64,000 bases of DNA from the human T2T-CHM13v2.0 reference genome, Homo sapiens: the NCBI RefSeq assembly GCF_009914755.1, contig NC_060938.1; one strand, given 5' to 3'. The notes beneath the pieces were generated by a model. The model did not search any database. It was not told the origin of the DNA and saw nothing but the letters and a program-made list of their open reading frames with translations. How positions within the stretch are numbered: position 1 is the stretch's first letter; every line of letters starts with the position of its first letter. Of this stretch, positions 32,412 to 51,577 are shown piece by piece. Position numbers and translations under genes: made by a program.

Positions 32412-33570
32412 GACCCCTATCATCTCCCGTTACTGAGATATTCTTGGGTACACAGTCTCCCTTGCTGCAGCAAGTCTAATAAACCTAATTCCTAATTTTG
32501 GTAGTTTTGTTTTGTTTATTTGACTACAAGTGTGGTCTTCAGTCAGCTCTGATAGAAGCTCCTCATATTCAGTTCTATAATTTTACAGACAAGCAGACAG
32601 ATCCAAAGACCCATCAAGGTCCTCCAATTAGCAGTAGAAATGAGATCAAGCATATGTTTTGTTTGTTTTCACATAGCCACGGGTTTGGCCTATTTGGTTA
32701 CTAAACATGTCAGTGTATCAAATCTGTCTGGCACAGAATCTTCTATTTCTCATCTTGACTAGGACCCTCCAGTAGCTTTTAGGCAGGGAGAAAACCTGCC
32801 ATATTTTTTCAAATAATGCTTAGTTCTGGGACAAAGCCAGATACGTTCTAATGAGAGTTAATTGTTCTTTATCAGCGTGAGAGGAAGCAGGTGTGTGTTC
32901 CCCGCTGACATCTGATTTATTTCTTTGAGATCTTGGAACAGACACTTAATCAGCCACCCAAGCAGGAAATTGCTTTTCTGCAGAAGGTAAACAAGAGGGT
33001 TTTCTTTATTTTTGGCCATAAAATTGGACCCAAAAAGCATTTCAAATCACTTGGAGTTTTTTTTTCTTCTGATTATTTGAATTATATTCCTTAATTGTGG
33101 GAAATACAGAAAAGAAGAAAATATTCACCCATAGACCCAACACTCCAGACTAATAAGTTGTCCCATTTGGCCTGTTTCCTTCCAGTCTTTTTTTTTTTTT
33201 TTTTTTTTTTCCAATTGTGAATGTGTATGTATGTAGGAAGGTCTGGAAGTGGAGGGAGAGCAGCTTTTAGTTGAAGCCATACTGAATATATGATTTTCAT
33301 TTTCAATTGCATTTTTAAATTACATAACACATGAATACATGCTTACTGCAAAGATCCCAAACAATACCATATGCAGAGCAGAAAGTTCTAGTGCTCTTCA
33401 GCACTGCACCTTCTTCCCATTTTCCAGTGATAACTACCGTTAAATTAGGAAAAACGGGGATAAATACCAGGGTACATTACTTAGTACTCACAAGTACTCA
33501 GTAAGTAAGTGCTTAGCAGTGGGTAAGGGCAGGTGTGGCAGTTGGTAAGTGGATTCTTCCCATCCCATCA

Positions 33571-34190
33571 GTGGTGAACAGACCCCTACTTGAACTCCAG
33601 TAGTCTCCTGCCTCCTGGTCATGCCTTCATGTAATTCCCTCCTTATGAGTACACATGGGACCTGTGACTTGCTTCTAACCAACAGAATATGGCAAATGTG
33701 AGGGGATGTCACTCCTAAGACTGGGTTACATTCTACGGCAAAGGTGATAAGCTGTCAGGCTCATGGCTATATTATGTTGTAGAGGATTACATCTTCCCTG
33801 GCTGGACCCTTCCTGTTGGCTTGATGAAGTAAGCAGTCGTGTCGGGGAGCCCATGTGGCAAAAGACTATGGGCAGCATGTAGGACCTTAGGCAGCCTCCA
33901 GCAGACAGCCAGCAGAAAGCCGGGCCCTCAATAATACAAGTGCAAGGAAAGGAATTCTGCCAGCAACCTGAATGAACTTGGAAGCAGATTCTTCCCCAGT
34001 TGAGTCTCTAGATGAGACCACAGGCCTGGCTGACATCTTAGTTGTGGCCTTGTGAAACCAAAAATAGGGACCTAGTTAAACTACGCCCAGATTCTTCACC
34101 CACAGCAATTGTGAGATAATAAGTGTGTGGTGTTTTAAGCAAAGCTGCTGAACTTGAGGTAATTTGTTACATGGTGGGAGGAAACTACGT
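33571..34190 (+). mobile_element. MLT1E/F-type MaLR LTR
   Basis: gtgacttgcttctaaccaacagaatatggc...aattctgccagcaacctgaatgaacttggaagcagattcttcccc. Confidence 0.75.
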
Positions 34191-34620
34191 TTTCTATGCA
34201 TTTCCATCCTGCAGTGGTCAGGACTCCTCAGGTTTTAAGTAGGAAATACACAACTGACACTGGCAGGAAACCCAGTTTCACCTAACTTCAGGTATGTTTA
34301 CATTCAGTGGCTCAAACACTGCAGACTTTCTCCTTTTAGCTCTTTGTTGTGTCAGCTTAATTCACAGGCAGCTACTTCCCAAAGATGACCACATCATTTA
34401 GTTCACATCCAGTCAGCTTGGTGGCCTCAGGGGAAAAGTATGCTGCCTTTTCCCAGTATGTCCAGCAAAAAGCCCCGGGCTTGGTGTCTGTTGGCTCTGG
34501 TTGGACTAACTTAAGACATGTGCCTACCAGTCCCTGGGGACAGGTGGATGTGGTTCATATGCCCTATCTAGACCTCATGAGCCAAAAAGGGGAGAGCTGA
34601 GCACTAAAAGAAAATAAGGG

Positions 34621-34930
34621 GGCCGGGAGCAGTGGCTCACACCTGTTATCCAAGCACTCTGGGAGGTGGAGGCAGGCAGATCATCTGAGGTTGGGAGTTC
34701 GAGACCAGCCTGACCAACATGGAGAAACCCCGTCTCTACTAAAAATACAAAAAAAAAAAATTAGCCAGGCGTGGTGGGGCATTCCTGTAATCCCAGTTAC
34801 TCAGGAGGCTGAGGCAGGAGAATCACTTGAACCCAGGAGGTGGAGGTTGCGGTGAGCTGCGATCATGCCACTGCTCTCCAGCCTGGGCAACAAGAGCGAA
34901 ACTCCATCTCAAAAAAAAAAAGAAGAAACA
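34621..34930 (+). mobile_element. AluSp SINE
   Basis: ctgaccaacatggagaaaccc diagnostic; TSD aaaataaggg. Confidence 0.9.
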
Positions 34931-35153
34931 AAATAAGGGTGCTGCCGGGTGGAGAAGGTGGAACAGAAGCTGAATTAAGACAGCAGCCATCCAGATCATG
35001 GATATGTATCTTCATATTGCATACAATGGAATATGGAATTGCATATTCATTTGGATACATATCCATGTATCCATTGTTGATGTAACAATATAACAGTATT
35101 ACAGTAAACACCTCCCATAAACTTTCTAACATGTTTATGAAAGTAAACATGAA

Positions 35154-35454
35154 GCCCAGGTGGAGTGGCTCAGGCCTGCAATCCCAACACGTTGGGAGAC
35201 CAAGGCAGGTGGATCGCTTGAGCCCAGGAGTTCAAGACCAACCTGGGCAAAATGTTGAAACCTTGTCTCTACAAAAAAAAAAAAGTTAAAAAATTAACTG
35301 AGCATGGTGGCACACATCTGTAGTACCAGCTACTCAGGAGGCTGAGGTGGGAGTATTCTTTGAGCCTGGGAGGCAGACATTGCAATGAGCTGAGATTGTA
35401 TCACTGTACTCCAGCTTGGGTGACAGCAAAACTCTGTCTCAAAAGAAAAAAAAA
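35154..35454 (+). mobile_element. AluJ SINE
   Basis: Alu body. Confidence 0.87.
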
Positions 35455-36203
35455 TTACAGACAAGTTGAAAAAATAACATAATGAATATCTATAAGCCCT
35501 TCACTTAGACTTCATTGTTAACATTTTGCCCCAGCTGTTCTTTTTTTTTCTGAATAACTTAAGATGAATTATAGACCTCATGACACTTTATCTCAGGATA
35601 TTCCAGCTTGGACCTAAGAATAAAAGTAGCCTCCTGTATAACAACAAAATCTTTAACACATCCAACAAATCTAACATTGTGCAATGATATTATATATGGT
35701 CCATATTTAAATTTTTCTAACAATCCAAAAAATGTTTTTGTGAGCTATTTTTAATTTTTTTTCTGATCCAAGATCCAACCCAAGATTGCATTGGATTATC
35801 ATTCTCTTCTGTCTCCTTTATCTAGAACAGCTCTCTTTCTTTCCTTTTTTGGTCCTTTATGTGTTGATATTTTGAAGAGTATGAGCCACTTATAACATAA
35901 GAATTTGTTTATTTCTTTGTGATTAGGTTCAAGTTCAACACTTTGGAAAGAATACTATATAGGTGATGTTGAATCACTATGTCACTTCAAGAGGCAGGCA
36001 ATGTCAGGGATGCTAACTTTGATCATTTGGTTAAAATGGTTTCTTCTAGTTCTCTCCATTATAAAGTTGTATTTTCCCCTTTTTTGTCAATAAATGTGTG
36101 ACACCTTGAGACCTTGCAAATTTCCTATTCCCTAACAAACTTTCAGCAATTTTAGAATGCATTGGTGATCCCTGTCTGAATTATTTTAGATGCAAAATGG
36201 TGA

Positions 36204-36586
<383 letters not shown>

Positions 36587-36771
36587 GGCGGAGCCAAGAT
36601 GGGTGAATAGGAACAGCTCCAGTCTACAGCTCCCAGCGTGAGCGACATGGAAGACGGGTGATTTCTGCATTTCCAACTGAGGACCGGGTTCATCTCACTG
36701 GGGAGTGTCGGAAAGTGGGTGCAAGACAGTGGGTGCAGCACACCAAGCGTGAGTCGAAGCAGGGTGAGGCA

Positions 36772-37035
36772 TCACCTCACCCGGGAAGCGCAAGGGGTCG
36801 GGGAATTCCCTTTCCTAGTCAAAGAAAGGGGTGACAGACTGCACCTGGAAAATCGGGTCACTCCCACCCTAATACTGCGCTTTTCCAATGGTCTTCGCAA
36901 ATGGCACACCAGGAGATTATATCCCATGCCTGGCTCGAAGGGTCCTACACCCACGGAGCCCTGCTCATTGCTAGCACAGCAGTCTGAGATCAAACTGCAA
37001 GGTGGCAGCAAGGCTGGGGGAGGGGGGCCCGCCAT
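36772..37035 (-). CDS. L1 ORF0 homolog (87 aa, uninterrupted); translation not shown
   Basis: MAGPPPPALLPPCSLISDCCASNEQGSVGVGPFEPG...IRVGVTRFSRC matches primate ORF0p; GCAATGG Kozak context. Confidence 0.6.
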   Translation of the reverse strand: MAGPPPPALLPPCSLISDCCASNEQGSVGVGPFEPGMGYNLLVCHLRRPLEKRSIRVGVTRFSRCSLSPLSLTRKGNSPTPCASRVR

Positions 37036-37591
37036 TGCCGAGGCTTGAGTAAGTAAACAAAGCAGCCAGGAAGCTGGAACTGGGTGGAGCCCACCGCAGC
37101 TCAAGAAGGCCTGCCTACCTCTGTAGACTCCACCTCTGGGGGCAGGGCACAGCCAAACAAAAGGCAGCAGAATCCTCTGCAGACTTAAATGTCCCTGTCT
37201 GACAGCCTTGAAGACAGTAGTGGCTCCCCCAGCACGCAGCTGGACATCTGAGAACGGACAGACTGCCTCCTCAAGTGGGTCCCTGACCCCCAAGTAGCCT
37301 AACTGGGAGGCACCCCCCAGTAGGGGCAGACAGATACCTCACACGACCGGGTACTCCTCTGAGACAAAACTTCCAGAGGAACAATCAGGCAGCAACATTT
37401 GCTATTCATCAATATCCACTGTTCTGCAGCCTCAGCTGCTGATACCCAGGCAAACAGGGTCTGGAGTGGACCTCCAGCAAACTCCAACAGACCTGCAGCT
37501 GAGGGTCCTGACTGTTAGAAAGGACATCCACACCAAAACCCCATCTGTACGTCACCATCATCAAACACCAAAGGCAGATAAAACCACAAAG

Positions 37592-38606
37592 ATGGGGAAA
37601 AAACAGAGCAAAAAAACTGGAAACGCTAAAAATCAGAGCACCTCTCCTCCTCCAAAGGACCACAGCTCCTCACCAGCAATGGAACAAAGCTGGACAGAGA
37701 ATGACTTTGACGAGTTGAGAGAAGAAGGCTTCAGATGATCAAACTACTCCGAGCTAAAGGAGGAAGTTCGAACCCATGGCAAAGAAGTTAAAAACTGTGA
37801 AAAAAAAATTAGACGAACTGCTAACTAGAATAACGAACGCAGAGAAGTCCTTAAAGGACCTGATGGAGCTGAAAACCAAGGCACGAGAACTACCTGACGA
37901 ATGCACAAGCCTCAGTAGCCGATTCAATCAACTGGAAGAAAGGGTATCAGTGATGGAAGATGAAATGAATGAAATGAAGCGAGAAGAGAAGTTTAGAGAA
38001 AAAAGAATAAAAAGAAACGAACAAAGCCTCCAAGAATATGGGACTACATGAAAAGACCAAATCTACGTCTGATTGGTGTACCTGAAAGTGACAGGAGAAT
38101 GGAACCAAGTTGGAAAACACTCTGCAGGATATTATCCAGGAGAACTTCCCCAATCTAGCAAGGCAGGCCAACATTCAAATTCAGGAAACACAGAGAACGC
38201 CACAAAGATACTCCTCGAGAAGAGCAACTCCAAGACACATAGTTGTCAGATTCACAAAGTTGAAATGAAGGAAAAAATGTTAAGGGCAGCCAGAGACAAA
38301 GGTCGGGTTACCTGCAAAGGGAAGCCCATCAGACTAACAGCTGATCTCTCGGCAGAAACTCTACAAGCCAGAAGAGAGTGGGGGTCAATATTCAAAATTC
38401 TTAAAGAAAAGAATTTTCAACCCAGAATTTCATATCCAGCCAAACTAAGCTTCATAAGTGAAGGAGAAATAAAATACTTTACAGACAAGCAAATGCTGAG
38501 AGATTTTGTTACCACCAGGCCTGCCCTAAAAGAGCTCCTGAAGGAAGCACTAAATATGGAAAGCAACAACCGGTACCAGCCACTGCAAAAACATGCCAAA
38601 TTGTAA
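37592..38606 (+). pseudogene. L1 ORF1 (disrupted)
   Basis: MGKKQS start; premature TGA at 37736-37738 and frameshifts; ends ...QKHAKL TAA. Confidence 0.92.
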
Positions 38607-38654
38607 AGACCATCGAGGCTAGGAAGAAACTGCATCAACTAACGAGCAAAATAA

Positions 38655-42518
<3,864 letters not shown>

Positions 42519-42819
42519 ACAATGAGAACACATGGACACAGGAAAGGGAACATCACACACTGGGGCCTGTTGCAGGGTGGGGGGAGGGGGGAGGGATAGC
42601 ATTAGGAGATACACCTAATGTTAAATGATGAGTTAATGGGTGCAGCACACCAACATGGCACATGTATACATATGTGACAAACCTGCACGTTGTGCACATG
42701 TACCCTAAAACTTAAAGTATAATAATAAAAAAAATAAAAAAGTAAAAATACTATCACTATGTACTTACAGATTGTTTTTTTAAAAATTAAATATGTTAAA
42801 ATCATTATCCTCATTATTC

Positions 42820-43113
42820 TTATATATATATATTTATTTTGAGACAGGGTCTTGCTCTGTTGCCCAGGCTGGAGTGCAGTGGTGTGATAACGGCTCACTG
42901 CAGCCTTAACCTCCCAGGCCCACGCAATCCTCCCACCCCAGCTGAGCTGGGATCACAGGCATGCACCCCCATACCAAACTATTTTTTTTTTTTTGGTAGA
43001 GATGGGGTCTTACTATGTTTCCCAGGCTGGTCTTGAACTCCTGGGCTCAAGTAATCCTCCCACCTCTGCCTCCCAAAGTATTGGGGTTACAGATGTGAGC
43101 CCTGCACCAGCCA
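42820..43113 (-). mobile_element. AluJ SINE
   Basis: Alu body. Confidence 0.85.
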
Positions 43114-43397
43114 TTGTTGATATTTAAATTGTCCCAGATTTGGCCAGTGGGAGCCCCTTCAACCTGTGGCCTGACCTCTCCCCGTTAGTTTTCAAGCACT
43201 TCTTTGCTTTCTTTACTTTGCTTCTTTGCATGCCAAGATATTCCAGTCTAATCTAGTTATTCCCTTATCTGGACCTGGAATCAGCCATTTCTGCAGAAAG
43301 CCTTGTGATTCCTTTTAGCAGAGAATGCTATTTAGAACCCAAGGGCCTCACTTTAGGATCTCCCATACAATTTTTTAGGTCGCTAACCACCATTTTA

Positions 43398-43883
<486 letters not shown>

Positions 43884-46075
43884 TGATAAAAGGCTGTGTG
43901 CATAAAATTTTGTTTTGAATCAAGAATGAGTGCCTTAGGATACATTCGAGAATAACTGGGTTAAAGGGTGGAGACACTTTTGAGACTCTCTTTGCAAATC
44001 ACCTAGTTGCCCTCCAGAAAGATTGTTGTAATCTGCCCACCCACCAGAAGTGAATCAGATTCTTAGTGCTCTCTTACCGGCAGTAGCATTATAATTTAAA
44101 AATTGGTGGCGGGGGGGCGGCGGAAAAGGAGAGGGGAAGGGGCAGCTCTGCAAATCCATATCCATAGAGAGCTTGGTTCTCCTTAGAGAATATTCATGTC
44201 TTTGATTAATGAATCAGGTTGAATATCATGTTTCCTGTTGATAATTTGAGCATGTTTTATATAATCAGGTTATTTCATAATGGGAAGACTCAGCAAAAGA
44301 GGAACTAAGCAAATACTATTGATGTTCTCCTAATGTATGGATAATATGCACAGCATGATCCAGGAGTGGGAAGACTAAATTAAGACAACATGGTCACTCC
44401 TAGGCATGGACCGCTCTGTGGCAGACACATTGCTGGAGTCATCACCAACAAATAAGGCTCAAAGGTCCAAAGCCCCACCACCAGTCAGCACCAGCTGCAG
44501 CCTCTTCTCTCAGGACCCAAGGACTCCCAGGGGAACATGTAGTCCCCCTACCCATGGCAAAACAGCTACAGGGGAGAACGGGACCAAGGCAAGACTTAAG
44601 CCTCCGGTTCCCATTCCATAGCTGCATAAGCCACAGGTGGTGGGACCCCATCCCCCCACCTCAGCCCAAGTACTTCATTCTGAGGGTTAACATGGCTGTC
44701 GGGAGGAACAGCATTCAACCTGGGTTTTGAAAGGGAGAAAGATTTCAAATAGATGGGTCGAAATGCAAATGAGAGCATTCTACGAAGAGAAAGCAACACC
44801 CCAGTGTTCTCATGCTGGCCTCACCCAAGCACCCCAGCTTCTCATGCCATACCCACCCATCCACATGTCACATGCACCTGCAAAGCATCCTCCTCACTGG
44901 CTCAGTCTTATCCTAGCTCAGTCACCACCATCGCCACCCCCAAACCCTTCCTGGCTACACACTCGTTCCATGCCCACCATCCCCCCGGCTTTGTTCATTC
45001 ATTCATTATCCAAAAGTGTCCTGGAAGCCAACCACATACTAGCCGTGTGCCAAGCATGTGCTAGACACAAGGACTACAGTCACACACAAAACAGAATCTG
45101 TCGCTCCCTCCAGGGATCTCATAGCTAAGGGGAGGAGGCAAATTAAATAACAGATAAATGTGCAATTTTCAATGCCATGGGTTGCGATGCCTGCTGGAAA
45201 GGAAAAGTAAAGACTGCAACAAGAAACCACGGTGGGCTCCACTAACCCAGGCAGATAACCCTCCACCCCACTCCCATCACCCACGTTGGAGGCATCTCCT
45301 TGGCTGTAGCCCTCACCACTTGGGCGCTCTTTGAGGGCAGGAACTGCATTGTGATCATCTTTGTGTCCCCAGCACCTTGCAGGGTGCCTGGCTTCTGGTC
45401 CTTCCATCACATGAATGGTGACAAAGGCCAGCAGGGACACACATCCAGGGCATAGTGATGGATGGAGCTCAATAAACTCAGTTTTCAGAGGCAGCAACAC
45501 TGTCCCCCACCCCCACGAGCACCACCAGCTGGGTACCAGGGGACGAACCCTCTCAATACCCAAGAGCTTCAACCTCTGCATTGGTGAGAAGTAGAAGCTT
45601 AGGGAGGCACCTTTCAGAATGCTGGGACATGAACATTTCTGGGAACGTTCACCCTTTGTCCCTGTATACCACAGAGGTTCTGCGGCCTGACAAAGGATGA
45701 TCTGTAAGTGTGCAGAATCCTGCTCTGATGCACTTTGGTCTCATGCTCCACAAGAAGTTTGAAATCGCAGCCATATTAGGTAAAGATCGCCTTTTCCGTG
45801 GCTTCCAAGCCCAATTGAGATTCATTCCTGGGGAAACTGGAAACAACATATGGGAAGCATTTTGTAGTTGCTTAAAACAAAACAAAAAACACCAAGACTG
45901 GAGTTGCTGGAGGTCATGGAAACTCAGCTGGGGCCCAACAGACCCTGAAAGAAATGGGAGAAGCCTGCTCCAGCCCAGAAGGTCACTGAGCTCTGCAGCC
46001 TGGGAGCTGGGTGCAAGGTTCAGATCCCTCTCCCTGACTTCCTCTACACAGCCTGCACCTCCAGGGCAGAGTCTC

Positions 46076-46435
46076 TGTATTAGTCCTTTTTCATGCTTCT
46101 GATAAAGACATACCCAAGACTGGGAAGAATAGGTTTAATAGACATACAGTTCCACATAGCTGAGGTGGCCTCACGATCATGGTGGAAAGCAAGGAGGAGC
46201 AAGTCATGTCTTGCATGGATGGTGGCAGCCAAAGAGGAAGAACTTGTGCCAGGGAACTCCTCTTTATAAAACCATCAGATCTCATGAGGCTTATTCACTA
46301 TTGTGAGAATAGCACAGGAAAGACTTTCCCCCATGATTCAATTACCTCCCACCAGGTCCCTCCCACAATGCGTGGGAATTGTGGGAGTAACAATTCAAGA
46401 TGAGATTTGCATGGGGGCACAGCCAAACCATATCA
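46076..46435 (-). mobile_element. THE1 (MaLR) solo LTR
   Basis: minus strand starts TGATATGGTTTGGCTGTG; perfect 5-bp TSD GTCTC. Confidence 0.93.
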
Positions 46436-47441
46436 GTCTCCTTCCCCAAGAGCACCTGGGCAGGGCCCCTCCTACCCAGAACTGTCCCCAGCTCTCCTGC
46501 TGCTTGCTTTGCTAAGGTTGCCCATGCCTTCATCTCTCTCACCCCCACCCCACTCCACACCCTGCCTTGGCTCACTCCAGGCCATGTTTGGTTTCTGAAA
46601 GGCCACTGGTGTCTCTGCTGCTGAGTATGCCAAGGCACCTGGGCAGGGAGGGAGCCTCATCTTGTCATACAGACCTGGGCTCTGACTGTCCTGGGGGCCT
46701 GGACATGTCACTCAACAGTGCTGACCCCATCTGTGCAGGACAAAGCTGCCCAGGCCACAGGGTAATGGAGGCTAAGAGGGGAGGATAATGAAGCAACTCT
46801 GTGTGAGGGGCAGCATCACATGTGGTCCCCTGTGGAAAACCACCCTTTTATCCTCACCCCTCACAGAACTTGGTCTCACTCTTACAGTACTTAGGAACAT
46901 AATAATCACTATAGCTACTGTTTTTTGAACAAATGCAAGTTACCTACCCTCTCACAGCCTCCATTTCCTCATGTTAAATGTGGCTAATGATGTCCATTGC
47001 TTCGGGTAGTTATAAGGGTTTCAATAAGATGATGTGTGTGTAGTGCAGGGCCTGGTGTATAACAACAATTACTGCAACAAAAATAAAATGGTTACTGGTA
47101 TTATAGTAATATATAGTATACTAATGAGTATACACTTAGTAAGTTCTGCCAGGCAATGTTATGTTTGCTGTGATTCATAATCAATTTCCCCACTACTGTC
47201 TGGAAGGAAACATAATTATTATCCCTTGTTTATACATGAGGAAACCACAGATGGTAAGCAGTGAGTGTGGCTGCACCTGCCTCAGTCCTGTGGAGTCCTC
47301 AACGGGAGGGCCTGCACTTTCCCCTCCATTGGCCCCCCCGCCTTCATGCACACGTGATGCCATGTAACAGGTGTTCTTTCATCCAGCGCCTGTTTATTGA
47401 GCACCTGTTATTTGCCAGGCATTATTCTTGGTGTTAGGGAT

Positions 47442-47814
47442 ATGTCTTAGCTCAGGCTGCTGTAACAAAATATCATACATTGGGTGGCTTAACCATTTAT
47501 TTCTTACATTTTGGGGGGCTAGAAGTCCAAGATCAAGATGCTGGCAGATTTGGTGTCTGGTGAAGCTCTTCTTCCTGACTTGTAGATAGCTAACTGCCTT
47601 CTTGTGGTGTCCTCACATGGCAAAGACAGAGCAAGAGCTCTGTTGTCTCTTCCTCTTCTTATAAGGACACTAATAACATCATGGGGATCCACCTAATTAG
47701 GTTTCATCTAAACCTAATTACCTCCCAAAGGCCCCACCTCCAAATGCCATTACTTCGGGGACTAGGACTTCGACATATGAATTTGGGGAGGACACAAATA
47801 TTTAGTTTATAGCA
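47442..47814 (-). mobile_element. MLT1A0-type MaLR LTR
   Basis: tgtcttagctcaggctgctgtaacaaaatatcat...gacttcgacatatgaatttgggg. Confidence 0.8.
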
Positions 47815-48517
47815 GGATATGAGCTTGAAACAATGTTTAGGAAATTTTAAAGTCTATTAAAGAAATGGTCAAAAAAAAGGGAAAGAATCAAATGGAACTT
47901 CTGGAGATAAAAGGTATAACAACTGCAATGAGATATTCAGTGGAAAAAGAAGCAGACATCCAAGAGAATAAAAGGACCAAAAAAAAACAAAAAACAAAAA
48001 ACAAAACCATATACACATCTCTATTAACACATTAAAAAACAAGACCATTCATTTAAATGTAGTAAAGTTAAAGTTAAATAGTATTTTTCAAAGACATTTC
48101 AGGGCGAAGGCTGCTCTTAATTTGCTTTTATAACATTAAACAGTGGTCTTGACTCTCTTCCTTTCCATGTGCTGATCAATAAGCAATCATTGATAGAAGA
48201 TACTGGACACAGTGGAGGACTAACTCAACAATGTGAAAGACACAATGCCACCATTTTTGGATGAATGATTATTGAGTATTGAGTTGCTCAGTAATGGGCT
48301 AGCTACTTTGAACTAGGCGTCCATGGACAGAAAGACTTTGATTACATGCAATTCCCCGGTAGGTTTAATACTACGTTTCAAAGTTGTAAATAAATGTAAA
48401 CAATAATTTAAGATATTTGCAATTTCCACTGGTAACAAATTCACAGGCATAAAATTGTGGTTTGTTGTCTACATTCATAGTTATATAAAATGCTAAATTT
48501 AATTTCATTTAACTTAA

Positions 48518-48804
<287 letters not shown>

Positions 48805-49158
48805 AAATGCTAAATTTTAGAGAGTAAAGAAAGTAACAATGTAATTTTTCCATTTAAGTTAACTGACTCCCTAAATTCTATTTATGGGCTTCTCACAGAT
48901 CCAACAGCAGACTCTAGGTTGAAAACCCCTGCATTAGATGGAAGGCACCTAGGTCCCTAGGCCCCCTGTTCAGAAGACAGTTGCATAGTTGGCCACCTAA
49001 TGATCACCCAATGAGCTTATTCTACCACGTCATTGAGATTTGGAAGTTGTTTGTTACAGCAACTAGTATTACTTATTTTAACTAACACAGAAATCAAACT
49101 TTAGATTTAAGAAGTCCAATAAATAAAAAGAAATTCACGCATAGACAAATCATAATGA

Positions 49159-49558
<400 letters not shown>

Positions 49559-49959
49559 GAAGAGAAGATCTTTAAAGCAGCCAAGGAGGAAAGAGAGACT
49601 GCTTTCAGTGAGACTAACAGCTGACTTCTCATGAGCAATAATGGAAGTCAGAGGACAGGGCATGATTACCTTCCATGTCTGAGAAAGCATAAACTGTCGG
49701 TCTAGAATTCTATATTCAGCAAAAGTACCTTTTAAGAATAAGGATGAAATAAAGACATTTTTCAGACCTAAAAAAGAAATGGCTGTTTGAAGTGAGTTAT
49801 ACCAGATTCTGGGAGAATTAGAAGGATGATTCCCATGATCTACCTTCAGATTGCTCTGGGCTATCTACTTTTGCCCCAGCCTGAGCAGCAGGGAATGTGA
49901 AATGTGAACCATACTGTGCCCCATCACCATTCTTGCCTGAGAATAAGTTACATAAATGG

Positions 49960-50460
49960 CAATATCGGTTAGCTACTGCTGTGTAACAAAATCCCTCCAA
50001 ACTCAGTGATGTAAAACAATGGTATTGCTCATGAGTCAGTAGGACAATCTGTTCATCTGGACCAGGCTCAGCTGATCTTAGCTGGGCTTACTCATGGTCT
50101 ACAGTTAGCTGGCAGGTCTGCTGGATACTGACTGGTCTAAGTGGCCTTACTCATACACCTGAGTTGGCTGGCCATTGGCTGGAGTTGATGGGGGTAACTG
50201 GGCTATGTGTCTCCCACCATCCAGCAGGCTAGCTTGAGCTTGTTCACATGGGTGGCAGGGCTCCAAGGGAGTGAGGAAAACTGCAAGACCAGGCTTGGAA
50301 CTGGCACATTGTCACTTCCGTCTCATTCTGTTGGTCAAAGTGTAAGGCCAGCCCAGCTTCAAGAGGTCAGGAAACAGATTCTGCCTCTTAATGGAAGAAG
50401 CCAAAAAGCCATCTTACAAAAAGGCAGGGAGGGGAATCATGAATCATTGGGGCCATTTTC
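49960..50460. mobile_element. Old MLT1 (J/K-type) LTR
   Basis: ttagctactgctgtgtaacaaaatccctccaaactcagtg...cattctgttggtcaaag. Confidence 0.6.
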
Positions 50461-51577
50461 CCCCACATTTATCAAAGTGACTTTGAAATAAAGGCCACAA
50501 GCCAGTGTGGTATGGCTCCAGAGGAAGAAATCTTGGGGAAATTATGAAAAGTCCCAGGTGCCATACCCTATAAATATATCATTTGATCTTTGTAACTACC
50601 CAAACAGTTAGGTGCCATTGGTGAGGAGAGCAAGTAACCTGACTGAAGCTGCCTTGATAAAGCCAGGTCAATGATAAAGACAGGACTTGAACCAGGTAGT
50701 CTAACATCAGGGCCAGTCTCTTACCCACCTACTCCACTGCCTTCCTGACGATGACACTGAGAGTGTGAACTTGGGTGTGTGGCTCTGTGTACGTCACAAT
50801 CTTTCTAGGCTTCAGATACTTCAGTGTTTTGTTTTCTTAATAAACACACATGTGGCCAAGATGCAATAATTCTTGTTAGTGCTGTAGAGAAAGAAAAGCA
50901 CTACATAAGCTCAAGATTACAGAAAAAAACATCATGAAGACTGTCCCTCCAGCAACAAGCAGTGGAAATGGAGGGGCCTGCAACTCAGACAGGCCTGGCT
51001 CTGCCAATTGCTTAGCAAGTCACTGGGTCTCTCTGAGTTTTCCTCATCGGTAAAGCGGGGACCCTTCTCCCACAGAGGTTGCAAGGATTTGATGAAATGA
51101 TATATTTGACAATGCCTCGTTTTTCTCAGCGTACAGCAGGCACTGGCGTCTGTTTCCTTCCCCAGTATCTCCTTCTATGCACTGGGAAAATCCCAGGGGC
51201 TTGGAGCAGCTTTGCCAGGCCACCTGATGAGAAGAGGACATTTTTGCAAGCTCTATTTCCTCAGTCATCCTACGTGGATTGCTATTTCTGCCAAAGTATA
51301 ATTAAATTCTGGAGTAGTGAGCACAGATAATTAATGGTGAGCCTTGTTAGGTGTGACTTTGGTTAATGTCTGCAACTGTGGAAGAGCCTAGTCACAGACA
51401 ATTAGTATTTATTGTGTAATTAGGATGCTCAGTTGGCAGGAAGAGGGCGAGCAGCTTGCCTGTCTGGGGCGGCAGATGGAGGGCTGGGTCTCCCCTGGGC
51501 ACAGCAGGCTGCACGCGGGCAGTACAGGGGCAGGAGTCCCGGGGCGGGGGGTGTAGCCCAACTGCTCTCTGTGCCTT

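Noticed and set aside
44406-46788. Overlapping ORFs (up to 180 aa) in a GC-richer stretch; similar at 58809-59407 and 61675-62331
   Set aside because: No recognisable protein similarity or consistent splice structure; expected by chance at this GC content. A lncRNA exon cannot be excluded from sequence alone.
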